This document shows positions 26,556 to 41,379 of a stretch of 64,000 nt of DNA, piece by piece. The position numbers and the translations under genes are program-made. Numbering within the stretch: position 1 is the stretch's first letter; each line of letters opens with the position of its first letter. The notes beneath the pieces were generated by a model. That model was not told where the DNA came from. It saw nothing but the letters and a program-made list of their open reading frames with translations, and ran no database searches. Source of the stretch: Gnetum montanum (taxonomy: Eukaryota > Plantae > Gnetophyta); the NCBI GenBank assembly GCA_015680685.1, contig MNCI01000811.1, positions 36,060 to 100,059 on the forward strand. The letters are read 5' to 3'.

Positions 26556-29500
26556 TTGCCACCATAATCCAAACGTTGTAATGGATCTTCTCATAGTGAG
26601 GGTTCATCCTCTACTGTAAAGAAGATCTTATCAAATAATCTTAATTCATTGAACTTTATTCATCAATTATGAATAGATGGCTAATATGTCATGAGGCTTT
26701 AAACTACAATTAACAAATGTAGAATACTCCTAGTATCTAGTACTTAAATGTAGTGTGCAATACCACTAGTATAATTTAATGTTAGCAATATACCTAATAA
26801 ATAAGGGCTTCTCTGTAGAGTTGAAAAGGTTTGGATTATCTTCTATTATGAAGTTTTTTAATGCTAAAATATAAGTCATTGGTAGAATATTTTATGCATA
26901 CATTTAATTACCTCTAGTTCATCTTTCAATTAGGTGGATCTAGAGGTTTAAAATAATATAGAAACATTTTTTATGGTATTGCTTACAAATGAGGAAGATT
27001 GAATTTATACTCAAAGAGGTTAATTTTCCTAGGCATCAATTGATTTATTACTTCAATACTATGAATAAGTAGAATAATTTTTATTCTACTTAAACTACTA
27101 GGATGATACTATCGCAGTTAAGAATTTCATACCCTAGCTTGGCTTAAATAATTTCCTATCAAGGTTTTGTTAAGAATAATAAGAATTCTATCACATGATC
27201 ACTTCTTAATCTTTTCAATGTCGTAATGATGAAATCAAGTTCCATGGACTAGTTATCCATTCAAGAAAAGAAGTTATTGAATGATGCACTTGCTTATTAT
27301 TATACCTTTGAAATACATTTTTCTTATGGCTACATGTTCCCTACCTTTTTCAAAGTTTTTCAAAATGCAAAGTTGATGGATGTCACCATGATGAAGAAGA
27401 ATAGATATAATCATTTGATATCTAATTTGCATATTGAAACTTTCTTTAAAGAAGAATAAGTAATCACTAAGATATCATCAGTGAAGCAATTTAAAGAATA
27501 ATAGACTTAGTGGTGGGATTTATCTTTAAATGATTATTTTATCAATGTTCATAGTAATAATGATACTCCACCATGATCATTTTGAAAATAGGGTTGCTCA
27601 CTTCAAGCCAATTGTAGCTTTTTTCAAGGCCTTAGTGGAAGAAAATCTTATTTAAGAAACTCTATATAATGCAATTAGGTGAAAGATATTGAATATGTTG
27701 ATAAGAATAACTTCCCATCAGCATTCAAGTCCAAAGTCTCATGGAATATAGCTTGATTGACCAAGTCATACTCTATCACAATGAGTAATGATATTTTAAA
27801 TGATTTAATGATTTTGAACTACACTACAATAGGTTACTAATTTAGGGCTAGAGCTTAAGCATATTTCTGAATAAAGATAAAGATATATTTAAAAAATATA
27901 AAATAAAGCCTTAAATAAATATACGAATAAAGATTATATTAATAAGGAAAATATTCTAGAGCATTTACAAAGTATCAATACAAAATGATCAAGGATTTGA
28001 AAGTTTTTGACACTTAAGCAAAAGAATTAAAAAGTCTAAGACAAGAAAGAGCCACCATAGCACCTAGCATAGATCCTAAACTATTCAATAGAGTTCATAA
28101 ATTGATGATAAACATTTTGAAGTTAAAAAATAATAATAATAATTAGAAAGATAGAAACGCCACCTTTCTATAGAATCTTAAAAAGATTTAAAAGGAAACA
28201 GGGAAGTTGACAATTTAGAAATTTAAAATAGAAGAAACTTTACTTGAGGAAAGAAAATAGCACAATTTCATGATCATGAAGTTATAAAAATTGATAGTAA
28301 CGAATGAATTTATAATTCACTATAAATAAGTGTTAAATTCATTGATTAATTTTGATTTTGAAGGATCTAGGACTTTGTTGGATGCATGTTGGTGCTTTGG
28401 ATTCTGATTTTCAATTTTGATAGGTTTCAAGCTTTAGATGAATGTTTTTACTCATTCCCTATTCTTAGTGATTTGATTTTTGTGCATGGTTATGGAGGTC
28501 TCAAGATGAATAGGTTAATCATGTGATGATGTTATGATGTTATGGTATCATGAATGAGTTCCTATATATTTTTCAATATAATACATATGGGATGTAGGTA
28601 GGATAATATTATTGTGTTATAGATGACATTGACAAATTGGGAAGTATGTGTGTGACTTGGAGATAATAGAGGTTTCATTACTACTCCTTACATAAATAAT
28701 GATATATAGATTACATGTTATTTGGTGTCTTAAATCTATTGGTTGTACGTGATGTATGATGCTATCATTTTTAGACTATTTTTATCAAGCATAAAATAGG
28801 GGATGTGTAAAGGCTTCTACTCAATCTTTGTACTAACTTCATTATTGACCTTTTGGTATGTCAACACTTTAGATAAAATGGAGAATATGGAATTGTGTTT
28901 TTGTTATAGTCTTACAGGGCCAATGAAAGAAGATGATAAACAAGGACTTTGAATTCATAATGAAGACTTCAAAATGAGGGCTACATTGAGATGTTGAATT
29001 GAAGACTAAAGTGGACAAGGTAAGAACATGGATGGAAATGGAGTCTATGAGCCAAATGAAGATGTTTCGAGGATTTCCAAGATGTTGAATTACTAGAGAA
29101 ATGCCTTAGGATCCAAACTTGACTTGCAGGATGGATTTCTGCAATTGATAGTAGATGTCCCATTGGTGGCATAGATGTCCAAGGATAGATGTCTATGTGC
29201 AAATGTTCACACATCTAGGTAGATGCCTTTCCTTAATTGAGAAATTTTTATAGGTATATATCCACACCAAAACATAGACATCTTCACAAAAATATAGATG
29301 TCTCTGCTAGCCATTAACTAGCCATTGGATAAATTCCAAAAATTTTCTGGAAACCTAAAGAGTATAAAACAAAGAAAAATTCATGAGAAACTCAAACTAT
29401 TGTTCATTGAAAAATCTATCCTTAGCTATTCAAAAGAAGATTGGTTTATGTTCTTAATTGATTTATCATTTGTATGTATTGTAGGTAGTGAGCTTAATTA

Positions 29501-30033
29501 CAAGAACGCTATAAATCAAGTTATACTCTCTCTTTGATCTTTTTCTTTCTTTCTTTGTAGCCCTACAGGGTTGATGTGATTCTTGCAAGAAGNGGCCCCC
29601 AACTTGGGTACCTCTACACTTAGAGGGTAGAATCCTTGCACACCTTTGGACTTTGTTCCTTAGAAAAATGTGGTTTAGAGGACACCACAACATTTACAAA
29701 ATTTGAGATATGCTTCAGAGTGTTTTGATGCTACAAATACACTCAACCCTATAAGCTCCCAACAAGCTCAAAATATGGTTTCAAGGAAACCAAAACCTTT
29801 ACTAAACATAAGCTCTACTTTGGAATGTTTTGTTACTACAAAATCACTCAACCCCTCAAGGTCTTGACAAGCTTAATGAAGATGGCTTCTTGCAAGAATC
29901 ACATCAACCCTGTAGGGCTACAAAGAAAGAAAGAAAAAGATCAAAGAGAGAGTATAACTTGATTTATAGCGTTCTTGTAATTAAGCTCACTACCTACAAT
30001 ACATACAAATGATAAATCAATTAAGAACATAAA
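26556..30033 (+). mobile_element. 3' part of an unclassified (copia/SIRE-like) LTR element: decayed ORF, PPT, LTR from ~28806
   Basis: Broken K/E-rich ORF at ~26570-28300. PPT-like ataaaataggggatg then tgtaaagg at 28806. TATA-like agtataaaa at 29361. The LTR continues in the inverted contig 29594-30033. Confidence 0.4.
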
Positions 30034-30034
30034 N

Positions 30035-30854
30035 AGTAGATCTTTAATTCATATCTTATGATTATCTTAGGAAATGAGGTAAGTATTAAGAAAGTAATGT
30101 TTAATTTTCCATATAATTCTTCTCATGTATATTTTATTTGCAAAATAAGCAAGAGATGACTTCAAGCCTAGAGGAGAAATCAAATTATTAGAGCATAAGA
30201 TCATAAAAGGAGAATTTGAGTTAGAAAGAGATAGTGTACATAAACCCATTCGAGGATTAATGAAACCTAAGAAGGGTAGACTATAATGTCCCTATTACCA
30301 AATGGTTCCACAGCATATTGAAGATGGTGTCTCTTCATAACTAATCTTGAGATTAGTGTAACAAGACTCAAAAGAGAAGTTGTAATTGAGACTAGAAAGA
30401 ATGTGTTATAATAACAAACATGTCTCTTGAGATGACCTCCAAGGGTTTGACCTAAAATATTTATACCTAGGCATTAGAGGTCATATCGGCATGGAGTTGT
30501 GGAGTCGTTAAAGGTGAGTAATGGGTTTTAGGTGAAGTAGGATAGGAAGAGGATAGGCCATACCTTTTGATTGTTTATAGGCCTAACCATGGTGGCAATG
30601 TTGGATTGCCTTTAAGGGATAGATGCCAAAGAATGAAAACCCCAAGGAACACTTAAAGCATGATCTAGATATATTATTTTGCATTAATAAAGCATCATTT
30701 TCCTCTTTTCTTCTACATTTTCCATGTTATTGTCTTTACGCTTAATGTTGAATGTTACTTATATTTGATGTTTGTTATGTTATCTTCTTACACCTAATGT
30801 CTAATATAACATGTATTTGACATTTTCTAGGACATCAAGTAGTGGAATGTCACA
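30035..30854 (+). mobile_element. 3' end (3' UTR, PPT, 573-bp LTR 30282-30854) of a third CCR4-element family copy; 5' part lost at an N junction
   Basis: 30035-30281 matches 63661-63905 and 17901-18110. The LTR ends ggaatgtcaca and matches 12001-12523 plus a 50-bp tandem duplication. Confidence 0.85.
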
Positions 30855-33800
30855 ACTATCAAGCTTCTTAATGATATATTTAACACTTGTTTTTTCAAAG
30901 CTAATTTATTTATAGAATAAGTTATCTCCATTAATGTAGCTCTTGCACTAAAATAAGCTTATTCCAATTCCAATTTCTTCTTGATAGTTTCATTATAATT
31001 TCTATAACTGCCATCATCATCATGTCTAAAGCATCCTATTTATATTGAGGTAGTAGCTATCTTTTGTCTTTGGCTAAATCATATAACTCTTGATCTCTCC
31101 TTCCCATTTGTACAAAATGGCTTATTTATCTTTGATTTCTATGATTTCATCTTTTTTCTCCTTCATTCATTCTTTGTTGTAATTCATATTAGTGGTTATT
31201 TCCTTAAAGCTTGGTAGAGTTATATGTCAATGATCTAAAACATTTTCTTTTTTGATCTATTCCAACTTTAAACTTATGATAGCTAATGTTTCTTTAAATT
31301 ATGATGTGGAATGTTCTTTATTTTCAAGAAATGATTCCTTAATTATAATAATTTTCTTAAGCTTCTCATTCTCTTCCTTGAAGTTATTCAATTCTTCTCA
31401 TAGCTTGGATGTCTCTTATTTATTTTACATAATAAACTCCTTAAGATTAGCTATTTTACTATCAGCTATCTATCCCATATCTTTAATCAAAGTTACTATA
31501 GCCTCTAAAATGTCTTGATGAGTCATTCTTAGCATGTGTCTTCTGATCTATGGATCATATTATTTATATTAGAAGATGACACTAGCTTCTATTTTTGGTT
31601 TAGTAGGGATTTTTTGGCTTAGAAAAATACATCCTTCTTTTTCTTTAACTATGAAAGATTAGGCTACCCCTTTCATCAGGTAGCTTGATGAGATGTTTAA
31701 AGTGGTAAGAACTAATGATGAGCCTTCTTCTTCTTTCTATTATTGTTACTATAATTCCTTTAGCTTTTATTGTTCCAAAAACTATTGTTTTTGTTATTCC
31801 TTTTTGGCTTTGGCATATTTAATCTTCATTTTTCTTATGGCCTTCACTCTTATATATTCAACTCCATGAAGAGGAAATCTTTCATCTAGCATTTATTTCT
31901 CTAGATCTAGTAGATTCCAAGAGAAATAATTCTCTTGTAATTAAGCCAAGTATTCTTTAGAGACCTCTCTTACCAAGGGATGGTCTCTATATTTTAAGCA
32001 CTTGCATACTTTAATGACTAGTGCATCAAAAGATATAGTTAGAAGCTTCATTGATAAATTCCCATTTATCTATGCTAGAGCTTCATCCTTAGCTTGATTC
32101 ACTTCTCTGTCAGTTGTTCTATATTATATTGTATTTATATCAATTGGTTGATGGACCTTTCTTGTCTTAGTAATTAAATATATTCTTCTTGGAGCTAAAG
32201 GAAAACTGCATTACTCTTTAAATCTTCTAGCCATTCCCCTTAAATTCCTTGAATTGATAAACTCTTAGAAGCCAAAATTCAAAGAAAAACCTTCCTTGTG
32301 CTCATATCATGCCTCAAGGGATGTTTCCACATTTGTTGCCTAACTTCTAATTCTACCAAGTAAGGAGCTATAAATCTAGACAACTTAAAAGCCTTTCCAT
32401 CAAAACATGCTGTAAGAATCTAAGTATAATTGGCATGTAACATGATAGCTCCCTGATATTTTCCTTTTATCTCATTAATTATTTACTCAACAACACTTGG
32501 TAGGAAATAAATCCTGAAATTAACTTTAGAAAATGGGGATAAAGACAATTCATTAAGAATTCAAAGGCTTGTACATCAAAATAGCTTATTTGATAAATAA
32601 CTGGGAAGAAATCCTTTCAATGATCTTTTGGATGAGCAATCCTCTATGATGCATAATTGACAAAAATTGGGGTTATCCTTGTAGGCTCAAGAACCTCACT
32701 AAATAGATAATTGAACAAAAATGAACTAAGACTTCACTAAGCCTCTTGTTCTTGAAATTTTGCTAAGTTATGCTATAAAACATTATTCATATGTTGTATA
32801 GGGAAGAAATGCTTCTTATTTTTTAGGGCTACCCAAGCCTAAATATGATAAATCAATAACTAAATTAATTTCATAGCTCAAAAAAAATTTAATGTTAAAA
32901 TAAAAATTCTATGTGGAAACCTAACTTTGAAGCCTTTTGAATGATATTCCTATATCCTCAAACTTTTACTAGATTAGCTAGAGGAAGCTTAATGATTTTT
33001 CCAATTTTAGGTTGATTCTAGAATTTCCTACTTAACACTTCATTATAGAACTTTTTATCTTCTATTTTAGTAATGTCTAGTTCTATGATGTCATATAGCT
33101 CTTATGTCTTTCTAGTATGGATGTTGATGTAGTGCTCTATGTTCCTTCTGAATTGGATCTTATTCTTCTCATATACTATCTTAGCTACAAGATGATTGAG
33201 GACATAATTGATGATATTTGTCATAGGCTTGAACCAAGCTTGTTAAATCTTATCTTCTCATATATCTCCCACTAACCCTCCATTGATTTTGCAAAATGCA
33301 TACATGACCTTTCTACTAATTTATAGCCTTCATCAAAGTTAAACAAATCTACTTCTTTTTCTTCCAATTCTAGGTGCATGACATCAATCCATTACCAAAG
33401 CTAATAAATTTTTAGATTGAATTATTATAGATATAAGAAGGTGAAGGTATTAACATTCTAGAACTCTTAAGATTCTTCTTCTTGATTCTTATGAGAAATT
33501 TTTTCTAATTTTTTGGATAGATTTTGAGGGAAGTTCAAGGATGCTTCTTTGTGCTTTAATGATAACCTTATTTTACTTCTCAACTTTGACTATTAATGGC
33601 TACATATTTTAAAATTTTCTCTGATTTTTCATATAAATACTTAGAGCTTCATTCTTTAATTTTCTTACTTTAAGACAAGATGTTCAAATCTATTTTTGAC
33701 ACATGTTGTGAGCTTCAATTTTGTTGAGCTACTTTAGTAATCTTCATTAATAACTTGAGGTTTAGTGCTTCATCCTATTCTTGTTGACCTAGCTCCTTTT

Positions 33801-34448
33801 TTTTCACCTATATAGAGCTTAATTATATGAAGATTTTACTTATATGAAAAATCCTACATTGATTTTTCCTATAGTGATGTGGAAAAAAAATTTTAGCTTG
33901 TAAAATTTATCTACAAAATCATTTTAGATTTTAAAATTTTCTTCTTTATAATTTGCGTTAACATGTAAAATAGCATGTAACTTTCTTTTATAAATCCTTT
34001 GGTGTCAAAATAAGCTTGTAGGACCTCTTTTGAGATTTCTTGTAGAGTCAATTTTCAATTCTATGTATTCGGTCTTAAAAGAGTTGATATGGAAGAATGG
34101 TTGTAGAATTTTTTTGTAGAACCATATTTTGGTTCTATGAGCTATTTCATATTCTTTGGATTTCTAGTATGCTGAGCTAGATTACAATATAATATACATA
34201 TGTGTAAATTGAGCTTATAAGCTTTAGTGGACCCAAGATGAAATCCATTTATTCTGACATGGCTTGTAAAAAAACTTTGGCTTTTCTTTGTAGAACCAAT
34301 TTTTGGTTCTATAAATCTACATTATATGGAAATTCATGTGAAAAAGCTTTTCTAGGATCCTTATTTAGAATTGACTCTCTTGGTTCAATGAACCAATTGA
34401 ATTCTTAAGGTTGATGTAGTTTTAGAACTAATTTTGAGCCTACATGTA
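30855..34448 (-). mobile_element. Unclassified decayed element (minus-strand ORF remnants ~30860-33500 plus palindromic repeat region); continues at 56065-58831
   Basis: The same tagaacc-(A/T)n-ggttcta repeats flank both ends of the Tat insertion. Pyrimidine-rich plus strand is consistent with a K/E-rich antisense ORF. Confidence 0.4.
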
Positions 34449-35503
34449 TGAAACACCATAAAATTTTATATGTTATAGCCAATTTTCATCATGTAGCTTT
34501 CACCCCATGAAACTTGAGGTAAAACTTCATTGTAAATGTGAAGATTGTAATCCATGAGGGGAAATCTCACATATTCCATACTTTTAGGGCTAAAAATGCC
34601 TCATAAGTGGTCAAAGCTTCATCCCTAAGTAGAAAAAGTCATGTACTATCCATATTTGGGCTAGGGGGATCAAAAATGCCTTTGGGATGTCATAAATGGA
34701 AATTTGATGGGTTTTATGGGGGTTATACAATTTTCTATGCTAGAAACACTTGAAGGGAGGTAGATCTTACCTACCCCTAGCATGGAGGAGTAAGGGNTCC
34801 CTAGTGTGGAAATTGCATGCCCTCAATGTGGAAGCTACAAAAGCTAGATTTCAACACTCCATGGACTCCAACATTGACCAGCCACCTCATCAAGGATGGC
34901 AAAAGGCTCAATGTGAAAGATCCATCTCTAGCATGGAAGGTGTGCCTCCCTAACTATTTATAGTAAATGGAATGGCCATGGGGATAAGGCACTTACTATA
35001 TATTGTAAACCCCTAAATTTGGGCACCTGTCTTACTTGTATGAAGTAGAAATTTGCAGCCAAATTACAACCAATTTGCAACCATTGTACAGCCAAATTGT
35101 AGCCAAATCATAGTTAATTTTCAGCCCCATTCATAGCCTAAAACCTATAAAAACTAGCCTCAAGCACCATTTATGAGTTCTACAAGTTTTCAATGTTTAG
35201 AAATTTTTTGAAGGTTCCACTCTTTTGGCACTTAAATACATTTAGCATACATACATTTTTCCAAGAAATAATTCCACACTTGGGCATTTTCAAGCACTCA
35301 AGATCTTTTGCAATCTCCCATGTTTGCATTCTCTTGAACCCTAGTGTGGAAGCATTATAGCCTTAAGACTTGTGAAATTTTGGTGTCAATGTTGCATTTC
35401 TAGGACTTTCAAGCCCCAAAGTGGAGGCCCTAGGGATTTGAGGTTGAGGTTGATACGCTAGATTTATCAATTTTTCCAGTGATTGATTTTTCTTATTGCA
35501 ATA
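34449..35503 (+). repeat. 5' LTR of Tat element (~400-bp shorter than 3' LTR)
   Basis: Colinear with 54621-55604 and ~56000-56064. TATA cctataaaa at ~35144. Confidence 0.88.
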
Positions 35504-35510
35504 GTTTTCT

Positions 35511-35527
35511 TAGCACTAGAAGGAGGA
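35511..35527 (+). promoter_or_regulatory. PBS, tRNA-Asn type (TGGCGCTAGAAGGAGGG), decayed
   Basis: tagcactagaaggagga differs from the consensus only by transitions. Confidence 0.8.
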
Positions 35528-36528
35528 CCTCTACCTGATTTCTACATCTAATCTTATGACCATCATTTCCAACATTTCATATCATCCTAGACTTTGCAAT
35601 TTGTTGCTTCAAAATCTTTGAATCTTTGATCAAACCAACGTTGCAAGCCATCCCCCCTACAATCAAAGCCTAGCATGGAAGTTACAAGTGTTTAGAGTTT
35701 TAAGATTTTTACAATAGTTATTATGAATTTCAAGGCCAACATTTTCATCCCACCAAAGCCTTTAAAGAATCAATGTTATCCCTTTCCCCTATCACCAAAA
35801 CTGCAACGTGGAGGTTGTAGGTTGTTGGATGGTGACTTTTTAGAGCAGTTGTTATGAATTTTTTAGCTTAAGGCTAGCATTGAAATCTTTCCCCTTATTT
35901 CATTTTTTGCTAATAATTTCTTTTGTCTAGTTCTTAAGGTTTGTGGAGAAACCCTTCTACAAACCATCAAACTTCTAGAAATTAGCTTCTCGCCATCTTT
36001 CCTAGCTAAGAAAATTGGTAGCCTACCAAAACTAGTTACTAGTTAAAACTACCAACTTTCCACTTGGATTTTTAGCCTTTCCCCCATCAACGTTGGATTA
36101 TAACGTGTGAGATTCCCATCATCTCACCCTCCTTTCCCCCTCTACGATACCCAGCATAGAGGTAGTTGCTGGGCCAGTGTTGGTGAAGCTTGTTACTAAG
36201 TGTCCATTTTGGTTTTAGGCCTTCCTTCTTAATCAATGTTGGATTAGAAGGTGTGTGATTCTCATCATCTCACCTCCTTTCTTTCCTCCCCTACCATACC
36301 TAGTGTAGAGGTAGTTGGGAGGCCGATGTGGATGAGGCTTAACCCCAACATTTCTAGCTTTCTATTTTTGCTAAAGGGGTAAACCCCCATTACCCCCACA
36401 TACTAATTATAGAAAGTGCTTAATTTTAGCTATTTTTTCCTTTGACCATTTTTAAATTTCACTTATCAGGATTTACCTCTATTTTTTCCTTTTTATAGCC
36501 TATTTTAAGCCATTTTAACAAAATAGCC

Positions 36529-39500
36529 ATGTCTCTCCCATAATCAAACAAGTTGCCTTATAACTACATTGATAGTGGGTCAGATCAACAACACATGAGG
36601 GTTTATGATCCTAATGACCTTGTAGTAATAGAATGTAGGAAATCTCTTAAACTCAAGGGGAAAATTCCTAGCTTCACCACAATAAATGAAGAACATTATA
36701 ACTTCATTTGCACTAAGATCTCGATTGGCATGCTAATCCCACGAGTAGAAGCAAAGGTCAAGAGGGAATTTGAGCTCATCCATCATGATGGAAATGAGTA
36801 TATTCCCTCCTCCTATAACCAAATATCCCTCAATGACATCTATGCTAGCATATTTAGCCCTTCTCATTGAGGCTGACGAAGGTAACTAAAAGACTACTTT
36901 TGAGGGGAAACTATAGGATGAAGATGAATTCAAAGTAGAGTCTAAGCTTTGAAACCTTGTAGGGAGAATTTTTCAATAAGGAACTACCAATGCAATAGGT
37001 CTCACCCCTACCTCCTTTGCCTCTTCCTTTGGATAGGTCATGCCACCTTCATCTACACCATACCTAATCATGTTCGGGCCTATGCTAACCATCGCTACAT
37101 ACCAAGCATAATCAATGCCACAAATTGTAACCTATAGTCCATCTGTGTTATTTTCTAGATAGTCTAATTTTGTACACCCATAAATGGTGTTTTTCATTAC
37201 CACAAATCCACTAACCACTCATGTGGGGGTCATCATGGAACCCCAAGCAACTCAAGGATCACACACCCCATTTATCCAATTTGTACCTTAGATACTAGCA
37301 TAGACATTCTTTTCTTTGTTTGGCTCATAAGCTATGACCATGACACAAGCTCTTGCTTCCATCTTACAACCCATAGCAAGGTTGAAAGCCTTACAATAGA
37401 TGCGAAAACCATATGTGCAAGCCCCATAGCCAATAGGGCCATCACAAGATCTAGATTAAGCCTTCCAAATGATCTAAGACTTGATGAAAGAGTTGAAGAG
37501 GATTAAAGCCTATACTTCACAAATTATCAAGATTATTAACTTCTATAAGGATGATCCCATTAGTCTTATGATTCCACCCTTTGTGCTTCTTCCTAGTGTC
37601 CCTATTTTCCAATTTAGCAAGTATAACAGAGAAGATGATCCCAATACTCACCTTATAACCTTTAGATTCGAATGCTTACTCTTATAGTCATGGCCTCATA
37701 TCATCATGTGGATTTTCCCTACATTCTTGACTAGGAAAGAACTTGATTAGTACCACACCTTACCTAGAGGATCCACATCCTCTTTGGAGAACTTGATAGC
37801 CTAGTTTACCAACCACTTCAAGTATAACTTGAACCTTGACACCATGCTTCACCAACTCATGAAGGTTAAGTAGGGATCCCTTGAGCTCGTATAGAAGTTC
37901 ATTCAAAGGTGGAATGGACTGTTGAATGAAATACCAAAGCCCATAATTGAGGCCCACCTTCTAGCAATGACTTTATCAAGTCCAAGCTTTACTATCTTGA
38001 CCTGTAGTCCCTCAATCAAGTGTTTTCCCAAACCAAGAATATAGAGGATGTTGTGGAGGCCATTCATGATTCAACCTATGTAGCATATAAAAATCAACAT
38101 ACACAGAGAGACAAGGAGAAGAAGAAACAAAAAAATATGATCATAGAAACTATGAATAAAAAGGTAAAGATAACAAACTAGGGGCCAAGGGCCAATCCAC
38201 CCAAGGTCCCCACTAATGATTGCAATCATCAACCTCTAGGGCCACTACATTGACAACAACCAAACTAAATTTTGAAAGAAAAGATAGGTCCAAATAAACT
38301 ATGCTACCATTAAAATCATCAGAGTTGTTAGAAAAACTTTTGAAAAGTAGAGATATTCAATACAAATAGATGTTTGAAGCTTCCCAAAAGAAGCATGATA
38401 GGCTCTGTGAAATAGCCAAAGACCCCACTAGAGTAATAAAGGATGATCCACAACTTCCTAGGTACTTCAAACTAGATTGATTATGCCATTATCACCAACT
38501 ACTTGGCCATAACACAAACTTCTACCTTATGCTAAAGGATGGCCTACAAAGAATGATAGATAGGAGGGAGCTAGTCTTAGATGCTTCCAACCTATTATGG
38601 CCACAAAATTAATCAATTCAGGTCTACAAAGACCCATTGAATGCTAATGATAGCCCTTACCTTCTTTCAACATTCAACATTAATGATGATTGGAAATCCC
38701 GAAGAGAACAATTTGTGATTTGAGTACCCCTTTATGATGAAGGGCTTCTTCAACTTCCACTAGCTCAAAATCCTCCATTGTCATAAGAGTACCATCATAA
38801 GTACCTCTGAGGAATCCTTTTGTCATTAGTATGCCCCAGCCTAAAATGAGAGCCCAACCAATTGCACAATGATTTCCTATGATGGCTAATGCTATTGTCT
38901 CCTCCTCAGCTCAACCAAGTAAAGGATGAGGCATAAGTAGAAGCCTAGTAGCAAGGGTAACAAGCAAATAGAGGCATGAAAGGAAGTGGGTTCATTAAAG
39001 CCCACTCCCATATCAGCTATATCCATGACCTTCTCTACTCAACCTATTTCAACCAACAAGCCAGAAGATAACCCTAAAGCCCATAACCAAAAGAACAAAA
39101 AAAAAAGCCCCAACAACAACAACCTATAGCCAAAGTTCACATTTTGGGATGCATGGAGGAGGTAAAGCATAATTGGGGTGACAAGTCCATGGCCAAATGT
39201 AAAAACTTCCTTAGTGCAATGGACCAAGTTTAGGAAATTCCTCAAGTAGAAGAACATAACTCTAAGCTTGTATGACATAATCATGACTTCTACCATAGAT
39301 CATGAGGTGTTAGTAAAAATGTTAACTTCCATCCCTGTTAGTGAAGACATTGCTGTTGATGAGGAATCCATCCATGTAGTGATGGTTTCTCCCTCATCAA
39401 AGGAGGAGAAGTCAACAACCCTAGTATTTCACAATAGCAAAATCAAGGTTAATCCCCAAAATGGTGAAGTAACTATGGCTCCTTTATTCATAACCATATG

Positions 39501-40150
39501 TGTAGGGTAGTTTAAGGGACATTGGGTACATGTTGATGATGGAGTCACAACCAAAGTCATCCCATGCATCATTATTGAATGATTTGGCCTAACTAAGCAA
39601 TTACAACCTACATCAATGATTGTCCTTAAGTCTTTTAATGGATCTAGGGTGGCAGTCAAGGGGTCCATCTCCTTGGATTTTGTGGTAGGGAAGAAATTCC
39701 CCACAATTTCCAATTTCCTGATGGTGGAGGATACACTGGATTCAACCTTATCTTTGGAAGATCATGGTTGGCTCAATTATGAGTCATGTCCTTACCCATC
39801 CATCAAGAAATTCACCTTCCTTATGAGGGAGGTAAAATCATCATCCACAATGAGAGCACATTTCCCTTGATTTTCAACAATGTGAACATAGAGTAGGGGT
39901 CTAAAGTGGACCTTCAAGAAGAAGCTCCTAGCCATGAAGTCCATCAACCCAAGTGAGAGTAACCACCCAACGGTGACAACAATAAGCAATGGGATGCATT
40001 ATGGGATGAACTTCCTTTTAACATCATCAATGAAGGTGATGGTGAATACAAACTTGTGCAAAGTAGATCTTACTTATTCCTTAATCTTTCAAAGATTAGG
40101 AAGAATTTGCACAAGTGAACTGCACATTAACCTTTCCATGCCCTTATAAC
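36529..40150 (+). pseudogene. Decayed Tat/Ogre gag-protease
   Basis: FSKYNREDDPNTHL ~37612; CHYHQLLGHNT..Y.MLKD.LQ.MID knuckle ~38484; protease VHVDDG ~39526; KSFNGS...VKG.I.L ~39630. Confidence 0.85.
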
Positions 40151-40349
40151 CAGATGCACCAATAGCCATGTAGCCTAATTTTTTATATATTTTATATACT
40201 TTATTTTACTCTTTATGCATGTAGCCTAAGTTTGTACTTTCATTTGCAATTTTACTTACTTGGTTTTACTCATGTTATGAACAAGGTAAAAACCTTATAA
40301 ACTTTAAAACATAAAATCACTAGAAGAATATATAGGTTTCTTTTTAACA

Positions 40350-41095
40350 TAGCTCACCATGGCCTTAAACAAGCAAAACTACCATTTGTTAAGGCTTTAA
40401 ACTAGCATCATAGTTTGCTAAGACTTTAAATTGGCAACATGGCCCACCATGGCCTTATACTAGCAAAGATAATCACACAACATGACTTGCTATGGCCTTA
40501 AACTAGCATCATATTATGCTAAGACTCTAAAATGGCAATGTGGCCCACCATGGCCTAAAACTAACAATGTAACCTTAATGTAACATGGCCCACCATGGCC
40601 TTAAACTGGTAAAGATAAACACATAACATATCTTGCCATGGCCTTAAACTGGCAAAGATAATCACAAAACACGTTCCACTATCATCTTAAACTAGCAACA
40701 TGGTTTACTATGGCCTTAAACTAGCATAATGACCTACTATGGCCTTAAACTGGCATCATGGCCCACTGTGGCCTTAAACTAGCATCACAATCCACTAAGA
40801 CTCTAAATTGGTAACATGACCTGCTATGGCCTTAAATTGACATCATAATCTACTAAGACTCTAAATTGGTAACATGACCCACTATGGCCTTAAATTGGCA
40901 TAACAATCTTCTAAGACTCTAAAATAGCATAATAGTCTACTAAGACTCTAAAATGGCACTACAATCTACTAAGACTCTAAATTGGCATCGCAATCTACTA
41001 ATACTTTAAATTAGCAACATGGCCTCCCCATGGCCTTAAACTGGCAATGTCTACCAAAACAATACAACTTGTGCCTACCATGGCCTAAAAATGAC
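40350..41095 (+). repeat. Short tandem repeat array (ccatggccttaaactggca / ctaagactctaaattggca, ~30-bp units)
   Basis: About 20 units. The same motif recurs at 50545-50660 and 54405-54480. Confidence 0.85.
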
Positions 41096-41379
41096 AAACA
41101 TCTCTTTTTATATAGCCTATTCTCACATCGCTTAGCCATTCAACTGTATAGCCAAAATCATCAACATAGCCATTTATAACATTTACAATGCTTATTGGAA
41201 CAATATATATAGCCAAATATGAAACTAAAATTTTAAATTTAAATTTAAACTATCCATAACATACATAGCCATGGCCATACTATGTGGCAAAAATGTCAAA
41301 AAATAATAATAACCATCTATAACATAGTCTTAGCTAACACTAGCCATCAACATGAAAATAAAAGTAATGTAGCCAATAA

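Noticed and set aside
29445-30033. Perfect 148-bp inverted repeat (29445-29592 vs 29886-30033)
   Set aside because: Both arms end exactly at single Ns (29593 and 30034) and are identical in a region where all other repeats are strongly diverged. This indicates a mis-oriented overlapping contig, not a biological hairpin.
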